From contig NC_087437.1 of the NCBI RefSeq assembly GCF_036321535.1, positions 110,548,001 through 110,612,000 of the forward strand: DNA of 64,000 nucleotides, given 5' to 3'. Made by a program: the position numbers and the translations under genes. This DNA comes from Camelus dromedarius. Lineage: Eukaryota. Below the pieces are notes generated by a model. That model worked only from the letters and a program-made list of their open reading frames with translations. It was not told where the DNA came from and made no database searches. Below, piece after piece: positions 28,331 to 38,775 of the stretch (position 1 is the stretch's first letter; every line of letters begins with the position of its first letter).

Positions 28331-28481
28331 ACTTATGTATTTTGACAAATTGCAAAGTATTCTGCCTGACTCTGTAAGGAGGTATATATAGAGAGTGCTC
28401 CTCAACTATGGAAATGTTGGGGTATTTTTAAGCTCCTGGAACAAATAGAAATTATACCCCAGGGGGAGATGTTCAATCATA

Positions 28482-28482
<1 letters not shown>

Positions 28483-28513
<31 letters not shown>
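28483..28513 (+). repeat. (TG)n microsatellite
   Basis: Perfect TG run. Confidence 0.95.
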
Positions 28514-28515
<2 letters not shown>

Positions 28516-28624
28516 GAGAAATAGGGTGAGTGATCAAACATCATGATTCCAAAATGAATATGAGGTTCCAGGTAACTATTGGGCAAATTAAAAATAGCTT
28601 GTATATTATAAAAACCATGAACAT

Positions 28625-28747
28625 GTTTTTTAACCAGCAAACATTCTCTGACTGCCTTAGATGTGCCAGCTATTGTCACGGCCACAGAGCACACAGTGAT
28701 GAATAAGCAAGCCTAGTAGGTGTCCCCAGGGAGCTTAGATCTAGTTC
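28625..28747 (-). mobile_element. L2 3' fragment
   Basis: CAGCAAACATTCTCTGACTGCCTTAGATGTGCCAG...CAGTGATGAATAAG...GGAGCTTAGATCTAG resembles the L2 tail in reverse. Confidence 0.6.
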
Positions 28748-29088
28748 TGCAAAATAAATTAATAGAAATGAGACTGTTTGCTCTACTATTGACATCAGTT
28801 AATTGAAATGTGAGAGTTGGTAACACCTCAGTCTGTTGAAAGGGAAGTGGGGGAGAGCAGCTTGAAAGGTGAGATTCCAGGTCATTCCCTTCCTGCTGTT
28901 GCTGCTTCTGGCGTTTGCTGCGCAAATGGATTCTTGATTTTGAAGAGCTCACATGTCAGCCTCTGCTGGTTTATATGGTTTATCAAGAAAGCAGCTACAC
29001 AACTGACATAGGGGATAAAAGGACCTGAAAGCAGAACTAAGTCAGGAGGATATGATGATTCCAAAGGTTAGAAGAATGAATTCACTCT

Positions 29089-29269
29089 TCCGTAGAAGCT
29101 GGAGGATCCTTATCCTTCCTCCACAGCACGATGGGCAGCAGCAGCCGTATCTGTAGCCTCCATCAGTAGCCCCGTGGCCTAGTGCATCCACAGCCATAGC
29201 CACAGCCTAGGCCACTGCAGCATCCATAGCCACAGCCCCAGCTCCATCGTAGTTGCCATGGTATCTTGT
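29089..29269 (-). pseudogene. High glycine-tyrosine keratin-associated protein pseudogene, KRTAP19-like
   Basis: Minus-strand reconstruction: (ACA in place of ATG) RYHGNYDG / frameshift / WGCGYGCCSGLGCGYGCGCTRPRGY / frameshift / DGGYRYGCCCPSCCGG / frameshift / G*GSSSFY, with GGA at the old stop position. This matches the GYGCCRPS...GGYGFSxFY ending of KRTAP19. A KRTAP-type 5'UTR (CTTGACATCCAGACAACTCTGCAGGTCCTAACACC) and TATA-like box lie upstream; no intron. Confidence 0.88.
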
Positions 29270-29346
29270 GGTGTTAGGACCTGCAGAGTTGTCTGGATGT
29301 CAAGGGCAGGTTTCCTGAGTATGACTGTCACCAACTGTCCTAGGAC

Positions 29347-29384
29347 TTTTATTTACCCTCAAGTGAAGGGTGGGGCAAACCACA
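29347..29384 (-). promoter_or_regulatory. Proximal promoter remnant of the KRTAP-like pseudogene
   Basis: TATA-like TAAATAAAA at 29355-29347 in the context GAGGGTAAATAAAAG, a CACCC box at 29375-29368 and a RUNX-type TGTGGTT at 29384-29378, about 80-115 nt upstream of the former start codon. Confidence 0.65.
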
Positions 29385-30814
29385 CAGAGGTGCACATTTC
29401 TCATTGTGTAGATTAACTTGCATGAAAAAAAACTCACCCATTGTAATCGTGTAGAACTTTAGGATAATTCTTGATACTATTTAGAAATGTTTTCACTTGA
29501 TTTCTGTGCAGTTTGGATTTCACAGGATGACTATGCTATCTTCAAAACCCTCTTTCTTTGACCTTCATGTTTAAAAATCTATAATAAGACATCACAACGT
29601 CAATCACCTCCAATTTCATCAGCTGGAATTGTTCTTTCATTAAAGTCCCTTCCCAGCATCTCTGAATTTTACTTATTTGTTCATATTGCAAATATTTAAT
29701 GCCCACTTAATGTATCCCAGGTACTATACTTGGAGCTAAAGATATGATTGTAAATAGGAACTGCCCTTCCCGATCCCATGAGTTCATTCCCTTCATTTTT
29801 GTTAGTTCAAGGGAAGGGAAAGGCTAACACTTATTGTACAAACCCAACAAAACATAGTTCACATCAACATAGGATGAAATTTATATTTTTAAAGAGAGAA
29901 AAAAAGAAAACCAACAGCAAAGTTTTGTTTACTAGCTCATATTACTTACACCCTTTTGCTCCATGTTGTTTTTGAAAATTTTGATGGCTTCTCTCTCTTA
30001 CTGCAAGATTTTTTCCATTGTTAAATCTTTATATAGAAAATGTTATTATGAGCAAGGATGGAGTGGTTGCAAAATAATACCATATTCTTCATTGTCATCC
30101 TCTTTTTCTTCTTTTTTTATGAAAGGCTCTTCTAAAGACATTAGCATTCAGGCACTGGCTCCACCCATCCAATCACACAGCCATGTGACAAAGCAGACAA
30201 CCCTCTGCCTTACTAAATTCGTAACACAACCAGCAAAGAGGTAAAAAATAAATTTAAAAGATGTTTTCCAATTTCTGGGACTCTATCATCCTGATCTCTA
30301 AGGAAACCTTAATTAAACTATATATTATTTCTAGAAATATGAAGTTATAACATTAAAAAAACTAAAAAATAATCAGATATGATACTTTCTTTTTAAAAAG
30401 GAAGCCCACTAACACGTTCATGATAAGGAGCTGGAATCACCCTTACTTAGCCATTTATATCAAGATCATCAAGGTCTCCCATAGCGCCACTCTCTCTGTT
30501 ACATTTTTGTAGGTGTTGTATGAACATGGGTAAAAGCAAGAGACATTTCATTACTGCAGTGGAGGAATGACCGTGCTCCCGTTCTCCCTCTGTGGGTGAG
30601 CTTCCTCATTTTGAATTTTGATCTGGTTGCTGATTGGCGATTCCTTCCCACTTGGCTGAAATTCAAAGGGCTAAAATTAGCAAGTGCAAACTGGAAGCAG
30701 CATCCACTTACTCTCAGTGAGATTAAAATCAAGATCCTTGTTGCATCGATGGTGTAAGAAATGTACAATTAAGAGGGAAAAGCAAATATATAAGTCCGGA
30801 AGTTTTAGAGTCGG

Positions 30815-30980
30815 AGCGGAGCGGGGCAGGGGGTGGGAGGGTGATAGCTCAGGGGTAAAGCCCGTGGTTAGCATGCGTGAGGCCCTGGGTTCAATCCCCA
30901 GCATCGCCATTTAAAAGGAAAAAAAAAAAGAAAAAAAAAAAAACAAAAAACATGTACCTCCACTTGCTTAAAAAATAAAA
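30815..30980 (+). mobile_element. tRNA-Ala-derived SINE (Vic-1-like) with G-rich 5' end
   Basis: GATAGCTCAGGGGTAAAGCCCGTGGTTAGCATGCGTGAGGCCCTGGGTTCAATCCCCAGCA plus A tail. Probable TSD TTAGAGT(C)GGA at about 30805 and 30981. Confidence 0.88.
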
Positions 30981-30994
30981 TTAGAGTGGAAAAT

Positions 30995-31796
30995 TGAGAG
31001 ACTCCAGGGCAAGATGGCAACATAGGAGGCTCCTGACTTTTCCTCCTGAATGTACAGCCTCACAAGGAGAAGTCCCCTCTGAAAGAAATCCAGAGACAAG
31101 CTGAGTGGCTCCTACACATCAGGTGAATGAGGAAATACCCACAGCAAGGTGGAGTGGAGAGGCGGCCACACGCTTGTGCCGTAAGTCCCATCCGAGCACA
31201 GCGCCACACCGCCGAAGAGGACGCGTGGCTCCCAGCTTCTTCCTGAGGAGTGAAGGGTTCGGACCGAACATCCAGCATCCCAACTTTTAAGGGTCCCGCT
31301 TGAGAAATGGGGCCAGAAAATATCGAGCTGTGAAAGCCAACGGTACCTGTGTTCTTGAGTCCACAGGACTATGGCAAACAAAGAGGCAGCTCTTAAACGG
31401 AGCCTGAGCACTTGTTCCCCCAGGACTCAGCATAGAGGGAGCGGGAAACTCCCATCTCCCAGTCTTTCCCTGGAGGGCGTTGGGCTGCGCACTGTACAAG
31501 CTGCTGCCTAAGGGTGCCGTTTTCTAAGGAGCATCCGTCCGGCTGCTGACGGCCATCCTCCCCTGGAGCCTGAAAGAACTGGTGAGCAACCCCGTGCCTT
31601 CTCCCTCTGACTCCCTCCGACAATAAAATCAAGCCATCGGTTTCTCCCTAGAAGGAGCTTGTCCACACATCCAGAGCCCCAACTTTCATGGCTGATGCCT
31701 GAGGGACAGGCCTACAAAGGCGATCACCTAGCTCTGATCGCTAACCCGGCTTGCATCCACGAGTCCCACTGGACTCCAAAAACAAAGAAGCAGAGT
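30995..31796 (+). mobile_element. LINE-1 5'UTR (old L1M-type), CpG-rich
   Basis: Begins GAGAGACTCCAGGGCAAGATGGC with a YY1-type CAAGATGGC. An internal unit recurs about 410 nt apart (GAGTCC..AC.GGACT...AAACAAAGA.GCAG at about 31357 and 31761). Confidence 0.7.
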
Positions 31797-33787
31797 TGTT
31801 TGTTTGTTGACATATAATTGACATGCAACATTATATTAGTTTCACATGTACAACAATAATACTTCGATATTTGTATATATTGTGAAATGATCACCACAAA
31901 TCTAGTTAACATCCATCACCACGCATAGCTATAATTTTTTTCTTGTGATGAGAGCTTTTAAGATATATTCTCTAAGAAACTTCTAAATATACAATACAGT
32001 GTTACTAACTATAGTCCCCATGTTGTACATTATAGCCCCAGCACTTGTTTATTTTTCAGCTGTACGTTTGTGCCTTTTGACCATTTTGGCCCATTTCACC
32101 AGCCACCCACCCCTGACTCTGGCAACAACCAATCTGTTCTTTGTATCTATGAGGGTTTGGGTTGATTTTTTTTTTTTTCAGATTCCACATATAAGTGAGA
32201 TCATACAGTATTTGTCTTTCTCTGCTGACTTCTTTCACTTAGCCCTCAAGTTTCATCCATATGGTGGCAAATGGCACAATTGCCTTCCTTTTATGACTGA
32301 ACGATATTCCATAGTATATATACATATATATATATATATATCACAATTTCTTTATCCATTCATCTATCCATGGACACCGAAGTTGCTCTCATGTCCTGGG
32401 TATTGTAAATAATGCTGCAGAGAACATGGAGGTGCACGTATCTTTCTGAGTTAACGTTTTCGTTTCTTTCAGATAAGTACTAAATGGACTTGCTAGTATA
32501 GTAATACAATTTTTAATTTTTGAGGAAACTCCATACTGTTTTCCACAGTGGCTGCCCCTGTTTACATTCCCACCAACAGTGAACACGATTCCCTTATCTC
32601 CACATCTTCACCAGAACTTGGTATTTCTTGTCTTTTTGATAATACCTATTGTAACAGGTATGAGGTGATATCTCATTGTGGTTTTGATTTGCATTTCTCT
32701 GATGATTAGTGATGTTGGTGCCTTTTCACATACCTGTTGGCCCACCTGTCTATCTTCTTTGGAAAAATGTCTACTCAGATCCTCTGCTCATGTTTGCATC
32801 AGATTGTTTGTTGTTAAGTAGTATGAGTTTTTCATATAGCGTGGATATTAACTCCTTATCAGATATATGATTTACAAATACTTTCTGCCATACCATAGGT
32901 TGCCTTTTCATTTTATTGATGATTTCCTTTGCTGCAGAGAAGTTTTTAGTTTGATGTAGTCTCTTTTGTTTATTTTTGCTTTTGTTGCCTTTGGTTTTAG
33001 TGTCAAATCCAAAAAAAAATCATTGCCAAGACCGATGTCAAGGAGCTGACTGCCTATGTTTCTTCTAGAAGTTTTTCGGTTTCTGGAAGTTTGAACATAA
33101 ACTTGTTCAAGTCTTTATCCATTTTGAATTAGTTTTTGTTTATAGTGTAAGATATGGTCCAGCTTCATTCTTTCATATGTGACTGTTCAGTTTCCCCAAC
33201 ACCATTTATTGAAGACAGTGTCATTTCCCCCTTTGTATATCCTTGGATCCATTGCCATAAATTATTTGATCATATATGCACAGGTTTATTTGTGGGCATT
33301 CTCTTGCATTTAAATAATATGTGTCTGCTTTCATGCCAATACCATACTGTTTTGATTACTATAGCTTTGTGATACAGTTTGAAATCAGGGAGTTTGATAA
33401 CTCCAGCTTTATTCTTACTCAAGATTGCTTTGGCTATTTGGAGTCTTTTGTGGTTTCATGCAAATTTTAGACCTGTATGTTCTATTTATGTGAAAAATGC
33501 CATTAGAATCTTAAAGAAAAAGTACATTGAATTTGTAGATTGCTTTGGGCAGTATGGACGTTTTAACAATATTAATTCTTCCAATCCATGAGCATGGAAT
33601 ATCTTTCCACTTATTAGTGTCATCCTCCATTTATTTCATCAATGTCTTATAGATTTTAATGTACGAGTCTTTCACTTCCTTAGTTAAATTGATTCCTATA
33701 AAGGTATTTGATTCTTTTTGGTGCAATTATAAATGGGATTGCTTTCTTAATTTCCCTTTCTGATGGTTGGTTATTGGTGTAAGAAAC
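31797..33787 (-). mobile_element. 5'-truncated LINE-1 (L1MA9-like 3' end)
   Basis: A T-rich tail precedes GACATATAATTGACATGCAACATTATATTAGTTTC...GAAATGATCACCACAAATCTAGTTAACATCCATCACC, followed by antisense ORF2 text (GAGGTGATATCTCATTGTGGTTTTGATTTGCATTTC). Confidence 0.93.
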
Positions 33788-33789
33788 TC

Positions 33790-34267
33790 CTCATGCTACC
33801 TCGGGCTCCTGCTGCAGATGCTGTGGTGCCTGCCTTTGCTGCTCAGATCTCCACTGTGGGCCGTCCTCCCACAGTTGGAATCTGTATCACTGTCGGCTTT
33901 GCTGAACCACTGAAGGCAGCTTTGCTCAGGAGAGAGACTGGCTGAAAGTGCCAAGAATTGATTGCCCACCCCTCTTTCAGCAGCCTTTAATCACTGACTC
34001 TTAGGAGTTAAAAAGTGCCCCGGCTCCCTGGCCCCTCCGTGATGTCCTTCTGATGTGTGTGTTTCACACAGTTCCTTGAGTTTTCACATGAGATTCAGCT
34101 CCCATCCCCCACTACAACTGACTTAATAATTCACCCATGATCGGCCACCCTCTTTCCCATTCTCAATCTCCTAGTCCTCTATCAGTGTTCCCCTCCCCTG
34201 CCAAGTAAACTACTTATACTCAAGCCCTTGTCCAAGGATCTGCTTTGGGGAGAATCCAAACTAAAGA
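33790..34267 (+). mobile_element. ERVL LTR (LTR16-like)
   Basis: Ends AAGTAAACTACTTATACTCAAGCCCTTGTCCAAGGATCTGCTTTGGGGAGAATCCAAACTAAAGA, like the LTR16 family terminus. Confidence 0.7.
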
Positions 34268-34419
34268 GTTCCCATAGCAAAAAAAAGAAAAAATGCCTGG
34301 TAGACTTTGAGGATGGAGTTCCTTTTATGAAGGCTGATCAGTGGAGATTAGTGCTGCCTGGAAGAAAGAGCTTATAGTATAGGGAAGTCCTTTCCAGGAA
34401 GGAAAAGAAAAAGTTAAAC

Positions 34420-34870
34420 CTACTCCCATCGTGCAATGAAAGATCAAGGATTTCACCCTTGCTTCGTCTCCAGATGAACAATAGCTAGTCTGCTGTCAGA
34501 GGACCTGACAACACCACTCATCACACAGAGGTCGTCCCAGATTCACCTGGTAACTGACGTAGCCATCTGTGTTTGCTAAATTGCCTTTATCCAGAGGAAA
34601 TATAAACTTCTCACATCTTTATGACAGAAGGTAGTCTCAGAGTCAGCCACCTGCCAAAATTAGGCTCCGCCCCTCTCACAGAAATTAGGAGACGGGGCAC
34701 TTGAGAAACATTCCTGGGCCATAAAGCTGACAAGAGGCTTATGTAACTGTTAAAAAGATTTACATACATTTCAAAGAGACAGAGAAAGAATTTATGAGTT
34801 TTCTAAAGGAAATGCTCTGAGGAAAATGAGGGAGAATTAAGCATCTTACTTTTACTTGAATTTGCCCTTA
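34420..34870 (-). mobile_element. ERV1-class LTR (MER34/MER67-like)
   Basis: AAGATTTACATACATTTCAAAGAGACAGAGAAAGAATTT...TTTTCTAAAGGAAATGCTCT, ending CCTTACA (TGTAAGG start on the minus strand). Subfamily uncertain. Confidence 0.55.
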
Positions 34871-35526
34871 CATTATGAAGGAACCCCAATACTTGAGCAG
34901 TCTTCCTGGAAGGGGCAGTCACAGATTGTACTAGGCAATGCTCCAGCGGCTGAACAAGGGGGAAATTTGCGGGAGACAACATCAGAGGGGACCAGAGAGG
35001 AGATCAAGCTGCCTCCTGCCAACTGCTGTACAGCTTTGGCTTTTCCTGTGAGTGAGGTGGAAAGTCACTTAGACCAGAGAGTGCTGTGGTCTGACTTGCA
35101 TCTCAGAGTCACTTGTTATAAAACTGGTAGGTACCTACTGAGCGACTCTGTTCCCAGGACTCCTGTAGGTGCTGAAGGAGACAAGCAAGAAACAAAGCTT
35201 CGTCTTGAGATTGTTTACTCCGCCAACGGGGGGAGAAGGGGAAGAAACAGCCTTTAAATAACAGGAGGTCGCGCAGGTTTATCTGCCCAAATGACAGCAG
35301 TCGGTGTGCAGAAAAGTCTAGAAGAGGAGAAAGCCGAGTAAAGAGGAGACGCTGAGGGCTGGGGGAGCCACAGAACACACCAGGGAGGAGAAGGGACCTG
35401 AGCCACCCCTCGGAGGGATGAGAGATGGAGACACAAACAGCGTACGTGAAAGGACAGAGGTCACCCTGAAAGGAGCCTGTTTGAAGTAGGTTGAGAAAAA
35501 GTAACAAATTAAGATCACAGAGTCCT

Positions 35527-35717
35527 AGGTGGGGAAGATACAGCTCAGTGGTAGAGTTTGTGCCTAGCATGCAAGAGGTCCTGGGTTCAACCCCCAGTAC
35601 CTCCACTAAAAAAAAAATAAATAAATAAACCTAATTACCTCCTCCCACCCCCAAAAAGTAAAATAAAGTTAAAAAAAAAAAAAGCTATATATATTGCAAC
35701 TATCTAGGGAAAAAAAA
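35527..35717 (+). mobile_element. tRNA-Ala-derived SINE (Vic-1-like) with TSD and extra 3' segment
   Basis: CAGCTCAGTGGTAGAG...GAGGTCCTGGGTTCAACCCCCAGTACCTCC. TSD is AAGATCACAGAGTCCT (35511-35526) versus AGGATCACAGAGGCCT (35718-35733). Confidence 0.92.
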
Positions 35718-36121
35718 AGGATCACAGAGGCCTGATGCCATGCAGACCGAGTATTACTGATAAGGAAGCGTGATTTTTTAAAAATAAAAAATAAATAAGG
35801 AAGCGTGAGGAACAGACTCTCGAGGGGCTGACCAGCAGACATGTACCCATCCTCCGCTCTGGTATCTTTACCTCTAGCGGAATCCAGCCTTCTCCTTGTT
35901 ACTCCTTCCCAATGAGCTAGGTTTAACAAAATTACAGCAATCGCTCTTAGTCATAACAATGACTCCTCATCACTCTGCCATTCCTTCCTCCCTTCCCTCC
36001 CTCCCTCTCCTTAGAAAAGCTCACCCCCATTGGTGGGTGACATTTAAATAACTTGGGACCTTGAAGCAAAATGCCATTTTACTGGCAGGATGAAGGCTTG
36101 CAAAGAGACAAGAATAGAAAT

Positions 36122-36769
36122 TATGATGATTAATTGTACGTGTCAGATTGACCGAGCTACCCAGGGTGTCAGATATGTGGTTAAACATTATCCTGGGTGT
36201 TTCTGTGCAGGTGTGTGGGGTGAGAGGAACATTTTCATCAGCGGATGGAGTAAAGCAGACGGCCTCCCTCCTCCAGGCAGGCCTCATCCCATCCAAGTTG
36301 AAGGCCTGACCAGAACAAAAGGCTGACCTCCTTCAAGTGAGAGAGAACACCTGCCTTCCTGGCTGCATTTGAATGGAGACATTGAATTTTTAATTCCTGC
36401 CTTTCGACTTAAACTGAAACACTGGCTCTGGGTTCTGAGCCTGCTGGCATGTGGACAAGAACTACAAAATTGGTTGTGTTGTGTGAAAGGAGAGAAGGTG
36501 AGTACTACAAAATTGGCCCCACTGGTTCTTGCTGTCTCATCCTGAAGATCTTGGGACTTGTCAGATTCCATAATCCTGTGAGCCAATTCCTTATAAAAAA
36601 TAAATATAAATATGTATTATATGTATATGTCGAGAGACAGAATATATGTATATATTCTCTATATATAGAGATATATAGATATGTGTGTGTGTCTGTATAT
36701 ATATGTGTGTGTGTGTGTGTGTATATACACATCGTTGGTCTTTTTCTCTGGAGAACACTCACTAAAATA
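36122..36769 (+). mobile_element. ERVL solo LTR (MLT2 family) with 5-bp TSD
   Basis: MLT2 start TATGATGATTAATTGTACGTGTCA, CCATAATCCTGTGAGCCAATTCCTTATAA and TCTCTGGAGAAC end. GAAAT on both sides (36117-36121, 36770-36774). Internal TA/TG repeats. Confidence 0.9.
36476..36506 (+). pseudogene. U6atac snRNA 5'-fragment retropseudogene (tailless)
   Basis: GTGTTGTGTGAAAGGAGAGAAGGTGAGTACT versus the remembered U6atac 5' end GTGTTGTATGAAAGGAGAGAAGGTTAGCACT (28/31). Flanked by the direct repeat ACTACAAAATTGG (36461-36473, 36504-36516). Confidence 0.85.
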
Positions 36770-37204
36770 GAAATGCATCTGAAACTGTTCCTTCTTCTGC
36801 TTTTGTGGTGTTAGTCACCAAGGAGTTGAAGGCAGAGAAATCAGGAGACTGTGGGAAAGGATATTATAGCTCCAGGACTTGTCAGAGTGACTGGGGGCTT
36901 CCCTCAGGCACAGGCTAGGGTCTCCCCTATTCACGTGGTGTGATGAATGTCAGGGAGCCGATACCATCTCCCCAGACTCTTCTAGGTAATAGCCGATGTC
37001 ACCTTCAAGCCTAAGAGACTGAGGCTGGAGGAGGGAACACAGGCTGTACCAGTAACAACTAAATACAGCTGGAGAAGCCACCTGGTGTGACGCAGCTTCC
37101 CGGGAGGAGTGACAAACACAACTGCACACAGGCTGGGGCAGGTCATGGAAGCCCTTGGACACAAGGTGAAGGACATTTTCCTGTAAAAGTCATCAAAGTG
37201 AATG

Positions 37205-37485
37205 CAGCTTTCATTGAATGCTGACTCTGTAACGGACACTGTGCCGAGGGGCTTTCTGTCCAGTCTCATGCAATCCTCATGACAACTTTAGAAGCAAAGA
37301 TTACTGCCCTCATTTTTCAGATGAGAAAACCAAGATCTAATGAGGTTCAGTGGGAAGTTATAGATGAAGAGATTAGGGGTCTGAGTCTCTAAGAATGTCT
37401 TGTAAAGATGAAATGAATCATTCGAGGAAATGCGTGGAGCTAAGTGTCTGGCATGTACCAAGAACTCCGTCAATGAAAATGACTG
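37205..37485. mobile_element. Two MIR fragments in opposite orientation
   Basis: Minus copy CAATCCTCATGACAAC...CATTTTTCAGATGAGAAAAC (37205-37350); plus tail GTAAAGATGAAATGA...GTGTCTGGCATGTA (37395-37485). Confidence 0.65.
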
Positions 37486-38599
37486 TCTCCACACTGTCAT
37501 CATCACCATATATTCCTCCTCTGTTACAAACACATACTCAGCCTAACTTCTCTGGCTCTCATAAAGCTACCTGAAAATGACTTTCTTAAAATGTTTTCTG
37601 CCAGAAGTGTGAGAAGGATTTTTTTTTTTTCTCCTTCGCTTAAGAAACAAACAAAGATCATTCTTTCACCAGAAACCTGATTCAAAACTTCTCGCCCGTT
37701 TTCCCCTGCCATCCACAGCTCTTTCCCGTTTCCCATTTTCCAATGTCTCCTGACTGCAGCAGCGAAGCTCACGGGCGTCCATCTGCTACCCTTTCAGATG
37801 TGCTCCCCTGGAAGTAACTCGAGGCACACAGTAGGTACGACAGAGTTATGTGCCTAACGTAAGTCACTTTCCAGCTTTCTCTTCAGCCTCCTCCCTCCCT
37901 CCGTTAAAAAGCAATTTAAAATGAACCACGTAGCTATCATAAAAGACTGCCTACAGTGTTTTAATTGTCTTTTATCTTTGATACCTACTCAGGAGAAGTG
38001 GAGAAATGTCCTTTAAATGAATTCTTCCAGCCCGGGGGTTACGAGCAACCTGATTCCCCTGGAATCATTTCCGATTCATTGTCATTCATTATTTGTTCTT
38101 TTCTGACGGCTGTCCTGGCTCTGCTGCTGTGTTTCCTCTCCAGGCAGTGGAGTTGTACTGAAATGTATTTATTGGTTGTCGCACAGGTATCTTGCAGTTT
38201 CCTGATTCCTGTTTTCACTTCCCTCCTGATTACATTCAATGTGAACTCTGGCCTTGGATGAAAAGAGAGGCAAATTTATCAGTGCTCTTTGAATTTAGGA
38301 GGATGCTACATGATTTGTCATGATTGGAGATAGGACAGCGCTCTGCAGAGCAGGGCTGATGAAGGAAGAAGCCCATGAGGCCTTTGCCTCTGATCTTGGC
38401 GATCACTGGGGATCCACAGCTGGGACTTGGCCTGGCTTCCCCTAAAGAGGCTGCACGAAGCTCCTGGGGAATCTGGATGCTTCACTGACGTGGCATCTGC
38501 TCCTGGCACATCGAGACGGGGAAAGGAACGGAATCTACGTTGTCCGTCATCTATCACCAGTCTACTCACCACACTAAACACTGAACAGTTGACCTCATT

Positions 38600-38775
38600 C
38601 ACGCTTAGCACAGTGAACAGGTTTTATTAAACCGGTTTGAGAGAGAAAGAAACGGGAGCTCAGGGAAGTTAAATAACACGACCAAGACCACACAGCTGTC
38701 AGTAAAGAGGCAGAACAGGGTTTGCAACCCAGAACTATAATTCCAAAGCGTGGGTTATTTCCCAGCATGTATGCA
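38600..38775 (-). mobile_element. MIR SINE fragment
   Basis: GAAACGGGAGCTCAGGGAAGTTAAATAAC...CACACAGCTGTCAGTAAAGAGGCAGAACAGGGTTTGCAACCCAG. Confidence 0.7.
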
